From: Acidobacteriota bacterium
GTDB lineage: Bacteria > Acidobacteriota > JAAYUB01
Direction of reading: 5' to 3'
Length of the DNA stretch: 58,902 nt
Assembly (NCBI GenBank): GCA_017996395.1
Contig: JAGOHA010000007.1
Coordinates: 1 to 58,902 of the forward strand
The notes beneath the pieces were generated by a model. That model ran no database searches. It was not told where the DNA came from and saw only the letters and a list, made by a program, of their open reading frames with translations. Position 1 is the first letter of the stretch, and each line of letters begins with the position of its first letter. The translations under genes and the position numbers were made by a program. Shown here one piece after another: positions 1-10,284 of this stretch.

Positions 1-366
1 GATGTCGATGAAATCGCGCATCACCGAACGCCCGTCGGACCGCTCGTGAAGCAGATCTTCCGTGTAGAACGTGGGCAGGGGGGATCCGGCGCCGTAGAGC
101 CCCAGGAAGGTGGCGGTGATCTGGTAGTGCCCCGAGCCGGGTTGCTTTTCCCGGATGGCGGTGATGTCCGTGCCCGGGAAATCGAGCGAAAGATGCGGGC
201 GGGTCCGGATCGACCGGCGCAGCCGGATTTCATCGAGCGCGGCCGGTTGCTCGGCTTGCACCAGCAATCGCAGCAGGCGCAGTGCCTGCGCGAAGGTGAA
301 GCGGGAGCCTTCCTGCAGCAGTTGCTGCTTCAGCTCAGCGGGCGATCGCCGGTCCGCGGTGGCCAT
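1..366 (-). CDS. tssG: T6SS baseplate protein TssG (ImpH/VasB family), C-terminal part cut off by the window edge
   Basis: Absent from the ORF track because it runs off the left edge. The reverse complement from ATG 366-364 reads MATADRRSPAELKQQLLQEGSRFTFAQALRLLRLLVQAEQPAALDEIRLRRSIRTRPHLSLDFPGTDITAI...ATFLGLYGAGSPLPTFYTEDLLHERSDGRSVMRDFIDI with no stop. This is a typical TssG N-terminus. It overlaps the tssF stop by about 37 nt. Confidence 0.85.
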   Translation of the reverse strand, partial: MATADRRSPAELKQQLLQEGSRFTFAQALRLLRLLVQAEQPAALDEIRLRRSIRTRPHLSLDFPGTDITAIREKQPGSGHYQITATFLGLYGAGSPLPTFYTEDLLHERSDGRSVMRDFIDI

Positions 367-2060
367 GAGAACGATTCTCCAGACAGGGCATCCTTGATTT
401 GGAACTGGCTGTAGCTGTTCATACTGCAATACACGCCCATGAACAGCTCCAGCACCGAGCCGAACAGGAACATTCCGCCGAGGCCCGTGAAGTGATCCTG
501 CCGGGCGGTGAGCACGACCTGCTGGCCGCGCATCACCTGTCCGCGAAAGAGCCGGTCGGATGGCGTCACGGTGAAGTCCACCACGCCGTCCACCTGCTTG
601 ATGTTGGCACTCACCCGCGTCCGGTCGCGGCCGGCCGGGATGTACTGCCGGAGCATCTCCTTGAGACCGGCGCTGTCGGCCAGCGCCATGAAGTTCAGGG
701 ACAGGTGCGCCAGCAGGCGCCATAAGGCGTTCTTGCCGAGCACTGGTTCCACCGCCGGTGTCAGCGGCAGGATGTTCCGATAGGTGAGGAGTTCGGGCGA
801 GTCTTCGGTGGGCTTGCAGATGTCGCCGAGCTGCAGCCGCTCGGGCAGGGTGCCGTTGGTGCAGGTCAGGGTGAGGCTGAGCGTTTCGCTCACCAGGTCC
901 GCCGGGTCACTGGAGTAGGCGAATGACAGCATCGTCTCGGGTGTGCCGTCAATGGGCGACAGGGCGCGGATGACCTGGTAGATCGCCGCTTCGCCGGCCT
1001 GGGCGGAAGCGGCTTCCAGGGGCCGATAGTCACGGCGGGTCACGCTGCCCTGCCGGAAACCGGCCACGGTGTCGACGCTGTACACCTGGTAGTAGCCGGG
1101 CTGCTTGGACGTCGGCCGGATCCGGACCTTCTCCTTGCGGTGGTCGAGCTGCACCGGCTCGGCCTCCTGGCGGAACAGGTTGATCACCGGTGTCGCGTTG
1201 AGGACGAAACTGTCCGCTTTAATCCGCGGAGGTGCGACTGGCGCCGGCATCAACTCGAAAAACAGCTCGAAGGCGTTGCCTTTGCCCCGGTCGCGCCAGG
1301 TATCCCAGCCGCGCAGCTCGAAGAACAGGAATTTTTCCGGCAGGATGAAATACTCCTGGAGCAGGCGGTAGCCGCGGAACGCTTGCCGGGGAAAGGCCAG
1401 CAACGCGTTGTTCAGATCGAAACCGATGGCGTGCAGCGATCCGGGCGGCAACTCCACCGGCGTGCCGCCGGACGTCGGGGCCACGGTGATCCGGCGGACA
1501 TACCGGCTGAGCAGCAGGAGCAGGTCCATCGCCGGACTCAGGCTGTCGCCCAGAAAGAAGCCGAGCCGGGTGGGCCGCCACTGGTCCAAGGTGGGACCGG
1601 TCAGCTCGCAAGCCATCCGGATCCGGTCGGGTTGCCCCGGAGATTGGCGCAGCTCGGCGGTGGTGATTTTCAGCGGGTGGGCTTCCACGTCGAAGCAGGT
1701 CCGGAACAGACATGTCACCCCGTCGATTGGGAGTCCCGCCAGCGACGTGCCGGCCTTGACGATGACACTTTCCTGCAGGCCCGGTTTCGGGCTGAACGCG
1801 ACCACTGTGGAGGCGGGCACGGGACGGAGCAGATGCGGAAAGATGAGCTCCATCAGGCTGTGGACGATTTCGGGGAAATCGTCGTCGAGTTTGCCCCGCA
1901 ACAGTCCCGTGAGGAACGCCACGCCTTCCAGCAGGCGTTCCACGTCCGGATCGGTGGACGGACCGCTGAGCATGGGCGCCAGCGCCGGGTGCACCTTGGA
2001 GAACTCCACCGCCAATTCGCGGAGGTTCTGCAGCTCCTCCTGGTAGTAGTCGTTGATCAC
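330..2060 (-). CDS. tssF: T6SS baseplate protein TssF (ImpG/VasA family)
   Basis: 576-aa ORF. The N-terminus INDYYQEELQNLRELAVEFSKVHPALAPML and the length match TssF. GTG start with GGAG upstream. It lies between tssE and tssG. Confidence 0.92.
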   Translation of the reverse strand: MINDYYQEELQNLRELAVEFSKVHPALAPMLSGPSTDPDVERLLEGVAFLTGLLRGKLDDDFPEIVHSLMELIFPHLLRPVPASTVVAFSPKPGLQESVIVKAGTSLAGLPIDGVTCLFRTCFDVEAHPLKITTAELRQSPGQPDRIRMACELTGPTLDQWRPTRLGFFLGDSLSPAMDLLLLLSRYVRRITVAPTSGGTPVELPPGSLHAIGFDLNNALLAFPRQAFRGYRLLQEYFILPEKFLFFELRGWDTWRDRGKGNAFELFFELMPAPVAPPRIKADSFVLNATPVINLFRQEAEPVQLDHRKEKVRIRPTSKQPGYYQVYSVDTVAGFRQGSVTRRDYRPLEAASAQAGEAAIYQVIRALSPIDGTPETMLSFAYSSDPADLVSETLSLTLTCTNGTLPERLQLGDICKPTEDSPELLTYRNILPLTPAVEPVLGKNALWRLLAHLSLNFMALADSAGLKEMLRQYIPAGRDRTRVSANIKQVDGVVDFTVTPSDRLFRGQVMRGQQVVLTARQDHFTGLGGMFLFGSVLELFMGVYCSMNSYSQFQIKDALSGESFSWPPRTGDRPLS

Positions 2061-2073
2061 GGTTGATCTCCGC

Positions 2074-2487
2074 CTAATCTTGGATCTCGACCTTGCCCTC
2101 GGCCATCACCCTGGTTTCCAGCGACACGGGCACCCGCTCGTCCCGGGCGAGCCGGGCCTCGATCTTGAACCGCAGCGACAGGATCTCGTCCTTGATCGGG
2201 ATGAAGGAAATCTGGACTTGGGTCAGCCGCGGTTCGTAGCGGTTGATCACTTGCCGGATCACCTTGACCATCTCCTGGGCGGTCTCAGTCAGGGTCTCGC
2301 CGGGGATGTTGGTGAAGTCGGGGATGCCGTAATCCTCGGCGATGGGCACGCCGCCCTGTCGCGTGTTGAGCAGGCGCTGGAGGTGGCGGGTGATGGATCG
2401 CACCTCCCAGGCGACGGGCAAAGCATCGCGGCCGCTGGGATCCCGTTCGATACGGCTGATGCGCTCCAACAAACGATCCTGGAACAT
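2074..2487 (-). CDS. tssE: T6SS baseplate wedge protein TssE (gp25/GPW-like)
   Basis: 137 aa with a gp25-like segment LQRLLNTRQGGVPIAEDYGIPDF. Its position, 13 nt upstream of tssF, fits. Confidence 0.9.
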   Translation of the reverse strand: MFQDRLLERISRIERDPSGRDALPVAWEVRSITRHLQRLLNTRQGGVPIAEDYGIPDFTNIPGETLTETAQEMVKVIRQVINRYEPRLTQVQISFIPIKDEILSLRFKIEARLARDERVPVSLETRVMAEGKVEIQD

Positions 2488-2527
2488 CTCGGCTCCCGGT
2501 CAGTTGAATCGGTCCGCGAAACGGCCG

Positions 2528-2560
2528 GGCCGGCCGCCCCCGGATGAGGGACAGCCGGCC
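2528..2560 (-). terminator. GC-rich hairpin between hcp and tssE (possible partial terminator/attenuator)
   Basis: GGCCGGC (2528-2534) pairs with GCCGGCC (2554-2560), and an inner CCC/GGG pair extends the stem. On the minus strand it is followed only by a short GTTTCG. It lies just downstream of the hcp stop. Confidence 0.25.
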
Positions 2561-2575
2561 GGGTCGATTCGACGG

Positions 2576-3061
2576 TTATTTCGGCGCGGTCCAGTCGTCC
2601 TCAGCCTCGATGCCATCGGGCACCCACGTGGCCACGATTTTCTCGTAGGTGAAGGCGATGTCCTCCATGTGGCCGTACGACTTGGTGGCCTGGTCCAGGC
2701 AGTTGGGGAAGTAGGTGCGCATCGTGGTGACGATGGCGTTGGCGAGTTTGATGGTGTAGTACTTCTCCTCGGTGCCCTGCGGGCTGATGCGGTAGAAATC
2801 CAGCTCCACGGTCTTGAGCTGTTCGCCGCTGCAGAGCGCCTGGAAGAGCTTGGGCGAGCTCTTGTCCATTTCCTTGGTGATGGTCATGGGCATGTGGACA
2901 CGCTTGCCGGTGGGCAGGCCGGTCTGGGGGCTCTTGGGGATCTCGACGGTATGATCGACCCCCTGGACCAAGATAGTGCCTTCCCGGCCTTTCATCGTGC
3001 AGGACCCTTCAATCTTGCCCTGCTTCACACCTTCGACGAGCAGATGGATCGGAATCGGCAT
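2576..3061 (-). CDS. hcp: T6SS tube protein Hcp (TssD)
   Basis: ORF 2576-3109 was trimmed to ATG 3061 (MPIPIHLLVEGVKQGKIEGS...), which has AAGGAGGA just upstream. The product is a 161-aa Hcp1-family sequence. Confidence 0.92.
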   Translation of the reverse strand: MPIPIHLLVEGVKQGKIEGSCTMKGREGTILVQGVDHTVEIPKSPQTGLPTGKRVHMPMTITKEMDKSSPKLFQALCSGEQLKTVELDFYRISPQGTEEKYYTIKLANAIVTTMRTYFPNCLDQATKSYGHMEDIAFTYEKIVATWVPDGIEAEDDWTAPK

Positions 3062-3160
3062 GGTGGCATCCTCCTTGAAAAAATGTGGGATCAAATATTC
3101 GTTCCGCACATGGCGGAGCGTTTGTGCGCTCGGTGCCGTGCCGCCCGGGCGGCCGGCGGG

Positions 3161-4648
3161 CTATTCCTTCTCCATCTTGCCCACGAGGGACAAGGTGAAG
3201 GAGGCGCCCATGTACTTGAAGTGCGGCTGGACTTTCATGTCCACCCGGTACCAGCCGGGATCCCCGGCCACATCGGAAACGGTGATCTCGGCCTTCCGCA
3301 GCGGTCGGCGGCTGCGGACACCCGGCGACGGATTCTCCTGATCGGCCACGTACTGCCGGATCCAGTTGTTGAGCTCCCGCTCCAGGTCCACCCGCTCCTT
3401 CCAGGTGCCGATGTTCTCCCGCTGAATCACCTTGAGGTAGTGGGCCAGCCGGTTGACGACGAACATGTACGGCAACTGGGTGCCCAGTTTGTAATTGCTC
3501 TCCGCGGCCTTGCCTTCCGCCGTGTCGGCAAACCGTTTCGGCTTCTGGGCTGAATTGGCGGAGAAGAACGCCGCGTTGTCGCTCCCCTTGCGCATGGTCA
3601 GCGCGATGAAGCCCTCCTCGGCCAGTTCGAATTCCCGGCGTTCGGAGATGAGCACCTCGGTGGGGATCTTGGTCTGCAGCTCGCCCATGGCTTCGTATTG
3701 GTAGATGGGCATGTCCTCGACGGCGCCGCCGCCCTGTGGACCGATGATGTTGGCGCACCAGCGGTACTTGGCGAAGCTGTCGGTGATCCGCGAGGCGAAC
3801 GCGAAGGCCGCATTGCCCCACAGGAAGCCCTGGTCGCCGCCGGTGACATCCTCGTTGTAGTTGAACGTCTTGGCCGGCTTCGTCGTTTGGCCGTAGGGGA
3901 GGCGCAGCAGGAAGTGAGGCAGCGTGAGGCCCACGTAGCGGGCGTCCTCGGATTCCCGGAACGACTGCCACTTGATGTACTGCGGGCCCTCGAAGATGGA
4001 TTTCAGATCCTTGAGGTTGGGCAGGCCGGCGAAACTGTCCAGGCCGAAGAATTCCGAGCCGGCGGCGGCGACAAACGGGGCGTGGGCCATGGTGGCCACG
4101 CTGGCCATGTTCTGGAGCAGGCGGATGTCCTGTGAGCCGGGTCCGAACTCGTAGTTGCCCACCATCAATCCGTACGGTTGCCCGCCGAACTGACCGTATT
4201 CCCGGGTGTAGACCGTCTTGTAAAGGCCTGATTTGGGGATCTCCGGTGCATCCTCGAAATCATCGAGCAGCGCCTGCTTCGGGACGTTGAGCATCTCGAT
4301 CTTGATGTTTTCCCGGAAATCGGTCTTGTCCACCAGGTACTTGAGGGAGCGCCAGGACGACTCCAGCTTCTGGAAGTCGGCATGGTGCAGGATGGCGTCC
4401 ATCTGGGCGCTGAGTTTCTGGTCCAGATTGGTGATCATCTCGTCCACCAGGCCCTGGGTCACGCGGGCTTCGGCCCGCTCGGGCTTGAGCAGCTCGTCGA
4501 TGAGGGCCTGCACGCCCTGCCGGGTGGCGGAGTAGCCCTCGTCGGAGGGTTTCAGGCGGGTGGCCTGGAGAATTTCGTCCAGCAGGGATGCTTCGCCCTG
4601 GACGGCTTCGGCGGCCTGGGGTTGTTTTTTCTTGTCCTGTTCGGCCAT
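3161..4648 (-). CDS. tssC: T6SS contractile sheath large subunit TssC (VipB/ImpC)
   Basis: 495 aa with full-length resemblance to VipB-type sheath proteins. It lies directly downstream of tssB. Confidence 0.95.
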   Translation of the reverse strand: MAEQDKKKQPQAAEAVQGEASLLDEILQATRLKPSDEGYSATRQGVQALIDELLKPERAEARVTQGLVDEMITNLDQKLSAQMDAILHHADFQKLESSWRSLKYLVDKTDFRENIKIEMLNVPKQALLDDFEDAPEIPKSGLYKTVYTREYGQFGGQPYGLMVGNYEFGPGSQDIRLLQNMASVATMAHAPFVAAAGSEFFGLDSFAGLPNLKDLKSIFEGPQYIKWQSFRESEDARYVGLTLPHFLLRLPYGQTTKPAKTFNYNEDVTGGDQGFLWGNAAFAFASRITDSFAKYRWCANIIGPQGGGAVEDMPIYQYEAMGELQTKIPTEVLISERREFELAEEGFIALTMRKGSDNAAFFSANSAQKPKRFADTAEGKAAESNYKLGTQLPYMFVVNRLAHYLKVIQRENIGTWKERVDLERELNNWIRQYVADQENPSPGVRSRRPLRKAEITVSDVAGDPGWYRVDMKVQPHFKYMGASFTLSLVGKMEKE

Positions 4649-4659
4649 GGGACCACCTC

Positions 4660-5145
4660 CTATTCCTCAATTCCCAGTTCTTTCAGCAGCCGCGCGCGGG
4701 CGCCTTCGTCCTGGACCAGATCCTGGATCTTCTTGCGGAAGGCGGGGACGTTGCCGAGGGGGCCCTTGAGCGCCTTGAGCGCGTCGCGCAGTTCCATCAG
4801 CTTGGCGAGCTCGGGCACCTTGGCGATGATGGCATCCGGTTCGAAATCTTTCATGTTCTTGAAATCCAGGTTGACGTTGAGCTGGGCGTTCGGTTCGCCG
4901 GACAGCTTGTTGGCGACACCGGCCTGGAACCGGATGTCCTGCGCCTTGAGCACCTCGTCGAAGTTGTCCTTGTCGATGTTGATGGGCTTGCGGTCTTCGA
5001 GGGGGGTGTCGTCGGGCCGCGCGGTGAAGTCACCCATCACGAGTACCTTCAGCGGCAGCTCGACCTCCTGCTGGGCGTCGCCGGTGGCGGGGCGGTAAAC
5101 GATGTTCACCCGCTCCTTCGGCGCTACGGAAGCTTCTTTTGCCAT
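4660..5145 (-). CDS. tssB: T6SS contractile sheath small subunit TssB (VipA/ImpB)
   Basis: 161 aa with the VipA-like segment VNIVYRPATGDAQQEVELPLKVLVMGDF. AGGAGG-type RBS. Confidence 0.95.
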   Translation of the reverse strand: MAKEASVAPKERVNIVYRPATGDAQQEVELPLKVLVMGDFTARPDDTPLEDRKPINIDKDNFDEVLKAQDIRFQAGVANKLSGEPNAQLNVNLDFKNMKDFEPDAIIAKVPELAKLMELRDALKALKGPLGNVPAFRKKIQDLVQDEGARARLLKELGIEE

Positions 5146-5203
5146 ATTGAACCTCCTGTCGAGATTGATATTCCTTATTGCCGGGGCGGCGCCGGCGGCC
5201 GCC

Positions 5204-6736
5204 TCACATGAAATCCAGTCCGCCGGCCGGATCCAGGATCAGGATCCGGTCCAGAACGCTCTCGATCATGGCCTTGTCCGACCGTTCGCCCTGCGCCCGC
5301 AGCACCTTTAAAACCACGGTGAGCGCGTCCACCGCCAGCGTCGGATCCCAGCGCTCCAGCCGGCAGGTCTCCACGCAGTCGAGGATGTCCCGGGTATAGG
5401 GTGCGGCCAGGCGGGGTTTGTGCGCGCGCAGCACGAGCCGGCACAGCGCCAGTTGCCAGGCCAGCCTCTCCCGGAGCGAGCCGGCCTGGCGGATGTGTTC
5501 GTTGAAGGTGCCGAGGGCGCTGCCCAGCTGGTTTTGGGCCACCAGCTCCTGGGCGGCGGCCATCTCTCGCGAGACGGCCAGCGCCAGCTCGTCGACGGCG
5601 CCGGCTGGCGTCGCCGGCCGGCCGCTCTCGCCACCGAGGCTCAGCAGCCACTGCCGGGTGTCGTCATTGGCAAAGGGCGTGCCGTCGGCAAACGCCAGGT
5701 TCTCGATTCCCCGGAATCGCTGCACGAAAGCCTGGGTCTCCCGGATCACCGCTCCGGCTGCGGCGGTGTGCCCCAACTGCTCCAACCCCTCGGCCGATGT
5801 CCGGCTCAGATCGATCCAGAAGAGAAACCGGATCGCCGCTGATTCGCAGGTTCGGACCAGCTCCGGCCAGTTCGAGGCGGCGTACAGGTTGGCCAGTTCT
5901 TGAACGATCTGCGCTTCCGGGGGCGGAATGCGAGTTTTCCCCCCGTCAGCCGGGGGGAGCGCCCGGACAGGCAGCCAGGCGGCGATACGCACCAGCAGGT
6001 ATGGCACCGGATCCGTCAGATCTTTGGCCAGCATCAGCCGGGCGGCGCGGCCGAGATAGTCGAGCCCCAGCCGCAGCATCTGGTCGGGATCGGACACATC
6101 CGGAGAGGTGACCGCCGCCGCCGGAGCGCCGGAGGTGGCGGGAGTGGTGCGGGAGGGCGCAGCCGCCTGAGCAGTCGCGGCAGGCGGCGCCGCGCCCGCC
6201 ACGGAGATGAGCCCGGTCACCTGTTCGATGAGTGGGCGGAGAATGGGGGCGTCCTCCATCTTCTCCGCCAGGCAGCGGTCGACGGCCTCGAGGTCGCCCT
6301 GGAACGCCTGCCGCTCGGCTTCGGGCCACTCCTCGCGGGGCAGGTTCCGGGCGGCCGCTTGGACTTTTTCGTACCACCACTCCACGGCATTCTTCCGGCC
6401 GCGCATGCGCCGGACGGACGGATACATCGTGTCCCAGAAATGGTCCAGTAGATCCCGCAGGACACGCACCCCGCGGGCGAGTCCGCGGAGCCGGTCCGTG
6501 TTCAGCAGGGCGACCGAATAATAACCGGCGACCAGCAGATGCTTGGAGTGACGAGACAGGATGTCATCGGCGAGACTCGCAACCTGGCCCCAGTCGATGC
6601 TGCTGGCGGCCGACGGTGAGTTGAGTTTGCCCATCTCCGCTTCCAGGGCGGCGTAGGCGGGCAGATCCTGCACGTCGCTGCCGGCGGGGCTGCCCGGGGC
6701 GATGGGGGTGCGTCCCAGTTCTTTCCAGTCGCTCAT
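5204..6736 (-). CDS. tssA: T6SS protein TssA (ImpA N-terminal domain family)
   Basis: 510 aa. The ImpA_N-like N-terminus reads DLPAYAALEAEMGKL...WGQVASLADDILSRHSKHLLVAGYY. An Ala/Pro-rich linker leads to a helical C-terminal domain. Confidence 0.85.
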   Translation of the reverse strand: MSDWKELGRTPIAPGSPAGSDVQDLPAYAALEAEMGKLNSPSAASSIDWGQVASLADDILSRHSKHLLVAGYYSVALLNTDRLRGLARGVRVLRDLLDHFWDTMYPSVRRMRGRKNAVEWWYEKVQAAARNLPREEWPEAERQAFQGDLEAVDRCLAEKMEDAPILRPLIEQVTGLISVAGAAPPAATAQAAAPSRTTPATSGAPAAAVTSPDVSDPDQMLRLGLDYLGRAARLMLAKDLTDPVPYLLVRIAAWLPVRALPPADGGKTRIPPPEAQIVQELANLYAASNWPELVRTCESAAIRFLFWIDLSRTSAEGLEQLGHTAAAGAVIRETQAFVQRFRGIENLAFADGTPFANDDTRQWLLSLGGESGRPATPAGAVDELALAVSREMAAAQELVAQNQLGSALGTFNEHIRQAGSLRERLAWQLALCRLVLRAHKPRLAAPYTRDILDCVETCRLERWDPTLAVDALTVVLKVLRAQGERSDKAMIESVLDRILILDPAGGLDFM

Positions 6737-6740
6737 GCGA

Positions 6741-9700
6741 TCACATCCCGGCCGCTGGCTGGAGCGGCCAACACACCACGATCTCCGGCGGAACCGTCGT
6801 GGGCGCCCGGCGCAACATGCGGATGACGGGTTCGCCGCCGGTGATTCGATACGTCACCCGGATCCAACTGACACCCAACTGGCGAAGCCGGGCGGTGGCG
6901 TCCGGAAAATCCTCGGCCCTGAACTCCTGGCGGCCGGTCATGAATTCGGCGAGGAATTTGGAGAAGCCGAACCGACCGGCATACGTGCGGGTCAGGGTCA
7001 GATTAGGAAACTGGATGGTCAGCGTCGTGTCGCCGCAGCCGTCCGGCGACCATTTGAACGCGGCCGACTGGGGATAGTTGAAATTCTCCAGGCAGGTTCT
7101 CGTGTCGCTGCACTGGAGGCACAGGGTGCAGCCGAGCGGCTTGACGGCGGCGTCCGCGTTAGCGTCCACGGGTTGCGCCTCGATCTGCACGATGTAACTG
7201 GGTTGGTACTGGAACATCGCCTGGTTGCCGGTGTTGAGGAACTGGATCCAGTCATCCCGGAAGGTGATGGTGCGGCCGGCCACCACGCGGGGGGCGTAGC
7301 CGAACTGGTCCTGCCGGATGAACGGACGGGCCGTGCTCTTGAGGAACTTCCAGACCCGTCCTTCCTTCTCATCGAACAGCACGCGGGGTAGCTTTTCGGA
7401 TTCCACGCCATCCAGCCCGCCCATGACCTGTTCGCGCCACTGCTCTTGAAGGGCGCAGCCGGTTTCCATCATGCAGTAATCCAACGCCTGGTCCAGGGGC
7501 GCCTGGACCAACGACCAGGCGACAGCGGGATCGCCCCGGGTCTCCACCATTCCGTAGAGCGAGCCCAGGCTGGCGTGAGCCTGATTGAACGGGGACTTGG
7601 CTCCGGTTTCCGCCGTCTGCCCCGGCGTGAAGTTTTCCGGGAAGTAGTCGGAGATCATGTGGAAGCAGGTTTCCCGCGAAATGACTGCGGGGGCGATATT
7701 CTGGAGCGCCGCGAGATAACCCTTCCAGATTTTCACCTCGGTGGTTCGGCGTTCCGCCAGGCGAGCCTGCTCCGGATCGATTTTTTCCTCGAACTTCTGA
7801 ACGAGTTTCTTCTCCTCCTGCTTCAACCTGTCCACCAGGCCGCTGGTCGTCTTAGGCTGGGGCTGCTGCTCGGCTGCCATCTTCTGGATGGCCGCCAGCT
7901 CCACCAGCGGCGCCACCCAGACCGGCGGCAGCGGATCCTCCAGCTGGGTGAGTTCCTGGGCCATCCGCTGGATCAATAGGAAGAAGGGATTCTGGTCGGT
8001 GGTCATAAGGGTGGCGAGACGCTCCCGACCTTTGGGGGTGCGCATGCCGTCCCGGGCCGAAGCGAAGCCGGCGGCGAAACGCATCCAGCTTGAGTAGTAC
8101 TCGGAGCGGTACCATTCCCAGAACTCTTTCTTCGATTCGTCGATCACCGTCGGATCCGCCAGAACGGCGTCGATCTGCCGGATGAACGCGTCGATGTTCC
8201 GGCGGCCGGCGGCCGTGAAAGCGCCCGGGACGAACATCGTCAGGTCGTAATCCTGCTCGGGCGTCGGCCAGAAGTTGATCAGATCCACATCCGGCGAATC
8301 GGGGATCCAGCTCTTGACCAGCCAGTGGAGGTTGCTGCCTTTGTGCTGGAGCAGGTGGAGGAGATGGTATTGCAGCTCCCGCACTTTCTGCTCGCGCTCC
8401 AACTTGTCGGTGAACCAGTAAAGATAGGTGTAGTAGATGTCGCCGAATTTGGCGGCGATCGCCGGCGGCAGCGTCGGGTATTCCAGCTCCAACAGATCCG
8501 TGGTCGCACGTCGGAATTCATTAACGGCCGGCGGCGGCTTGTCGGGGGATGGCGCCTCGCCGCGCAGATAGTCCCGGATGAGTGATATGCGGGTGACCAC
8601 GTAACCGACGTAATCGGCCATCTCCTCTTCGGATGTTTGAGGGGTCACGGCATCAATACGCCGGGCCAGGGATTCGTCGAGAGGAATCAAAAAACCGCCC
8701 CGAAACAGCCGCACGAAGTGCGCCCGCACGCGCGTCTCCAATTTCAGGCTCTGATTCAAGCCGAACCGGGGTACCCACCAGTCCTGGTTGGCGGTTTGCA
8801 GATCGATGAGTTCCAGCCGCATCCGGTCCAGCATCAGCAGGTTGGTGGTGGCGTCCTCGGTCAGCGTCGGCAGATCGTCGAACTCTTCTTTGAACTCGTT
8901 GATCGTTTGGACGTTGAGGTGGAACGCCAGGCTCAATAGGCCGCAGAGAAAGGCCCAGAGCAGGCCCCAGGCGGCAAAGCCGAGGGTGCGGGTGAGCCGC
9001 CGCCAGCGGATGAGCTCCGGCAGTGGACGGTAGACGTATCGGTCGGCCGGAAGCACTTCCTTGAAGATGTCTTTCAGAAAGTAGCCGTCCTCCCGCGTTC
9101 CGGAGGGCCGGGCGGCCGAGTCCAACCCCGTGCTCCGAAGAAAGTCGCTGACGGGCGGCTCGCCCTGCCGGGCGCTGCTGAAGCAGATGCCGCGCAGCAG
9201 CGGCGTCTCCTGGTATGGATTGTCGCCGAAGACCGCGCGCAGAAAGTGGTGCAAGCCGCCGGTGAGCCGGCTGAACTCGGCGGGGAACAGGAGCGCGCCG
9301 GCTTCCGCTTCTGGCGTCTGGTGCACGAGGATGAAGCGGAGCTGGCGCAGCCGTCGCCCCACCACCGTCATGGCCTGGTCCAGAACGTCTTTCCACCGGA
9401 ACGTCTGCTGCTCATTGATGAAGCCCATGGCCTGGGTCAGGCGGTCGGGCGGCAGGTGCCGGCAGAACGGCACCATCCCGTGCACGAGGTCCATCTTGGT
9501 GACCAAGATGTAGATTGGAAAGCGGGCGCCGACAACCCGCATGACCTGGTCGATCCGCTGGCGGACGTCCTCGCCGTCGGCATGCAGCCGGGCGGAATCT
9601 TCGGCCAGCAGGCGGTCGGCGGCGATGGCCACCACGAGGCCGTTGAGCGGTTCCCGCCGGCGGTACTGGGCCAGCAGGGTCAGGAATTTTTCCCACTCCT

Positions 9701-10253
9701 CGCGGTCTGGCCCCGGATCCACCGGGATGGTGTAGCGGCCGGCGGTGTCCAGCACGATGGCCTGGTCGAAGAACCACCACTCGCAGTTGCGGGTCGCCGC
9801 CAGGCCGGCGGTGCGGACGGTATCGGCCAGCGGCGTGCTCAAGGAAGCGTTCTTGATGGCCGAGGTCTTGCCGGCACCGGACTCGCCGATGACCAGGAAC
9901 CAGGGGAGGACGTAGAGGGGATTGCCCCGCTTGCGCAGTTTGGACGTGCGCAGCCGCTCCACAGACTCCTGCCACTTGGTCTGCAGATCCTGCAGCTGCT
10001 CCCGTTCGTGGAGCGGGGCGGCCTGGATGGCCGCCGTGTCCTGGGCGATCACCCGCCGGACGAACTCGCGCTCCCGCTTGCGCAGGAAATATTTACGGAT
10101 GTACAGGATCGCCACCCACACCCCGACCACGCCCAGGAAGATCGCGACGCCGAACCACCAGGGCCAATGCCGCCAGATCACCAGCAAAGCGATCGCCCCG
10201 GCCAGAAGGGCCAGCAGGAAGACGTACAGGAGGATCTTGAGAAACTTGCGCAC
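6741..10253 (-). CDS. tssM: T6SS membrane-complex protein TssM (IcmF family)
   Basis: 1170 aa with N-terminal TM helices, Walker A GESGAGKTS and a long IcmF-like periplasmic region. Confidence 0.95.
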   Translation of the reverse strand: MRKFLKILLYVFLLALLAGAIALLVIWRHWPWWFGVAIFLGVVGVWVAILYIRKYFLRKREREFVRRVIAQDTAAIQAAPLHEREQLQDLQTKWQESVERLRTSKLRKRGNPLYVLPWFLVIGESGAGKTSAIKNASLSTPLADTVRTAGLAATRNCEWWFFDQAIVLDTAGRYTIPVDPGPDREEWEKFLTLLAQYRRREPLNGLVVAIAADRLLAEDSARLHADGEDVRQRIDQVMRVVGARFPIYILVTKMDLVHGMVPFCRHLPPDRLTQAMGFINEQQTFRWKDVLDQAMTVVGRRLRQLRFILVHQTPEAEAGALLFPAEFSRLTGGLHHFLRAVFGDNPYQETPLLRGICFSSARQGEPPVSDFLRSTGLDSAARPSGTREDGYFLKDIFKEVLPADRYVYRPLPELIRWRRLTRTLGFAAWGLLWAFLCGLLSLAFHLNVQTINEFKEEFDDLPTLTEDATTNLLMLDRMRLELIDLQTANQDWWVPRFGLNQSLKLETRVRAHFVRLFRGGFLIPLDESLARRIDAVTPQTSEEEMADYVGYVVTRISLIRDYLRGEAPSPDKPPPAVNEFRRATTDLLELEYPTLPPAIAAKFGDIYYTYLYWFTDKLEREQKVRELQYHLLHLLQHKGSNLHWLVKSWIPDSPDVDLINFWPTPEQDYDLTMFVPGAFTAAGRRNIDAFIRQIDAVLADPTVIDESKKEFWEWYRSEYYSSWMRFAAGFASARDGMRTPKGRERLATLMTTDQNPFFLLIQRMAQELTQLEDPLPPVWVAPLVELAAIQKMAAEQQPQPKTTSGLVDRLKQEEKKLVQKFEEKIDPEQARLAERRTTEVKIWKGYLAALQNIAPAVISRETCFHMISDYFPENFTPGQTAETGAKSPFNQAHASLGSLYGMVETRGDPAVAWSLVQAPLDQALDYCMMETGCALQEQWREQVMGGLDGVESEKLPRVLFDEKEGRVWKFLKSTARPFIRQDQFGYAPRVVAGRTITFRDDWIQFLNTGNQAMFQYQPSYIVQIEAQPVDANADAAVKPLGCTLCLQCSDTRTCLENFNYPQSAAFKWSPDGCGDTTLTIQFPNLTLTRTYAGRFGFSKFLAEFMTGRQEFRAEDFPDATARLRQLGVSWIRVTYRITGGEPVIRMLRRAPTTVPPEIVVCWPLQPAAGM

Positions 10254-10284
10254 GGCGTCACTTGTCCGTCGGGATGCGTATCGG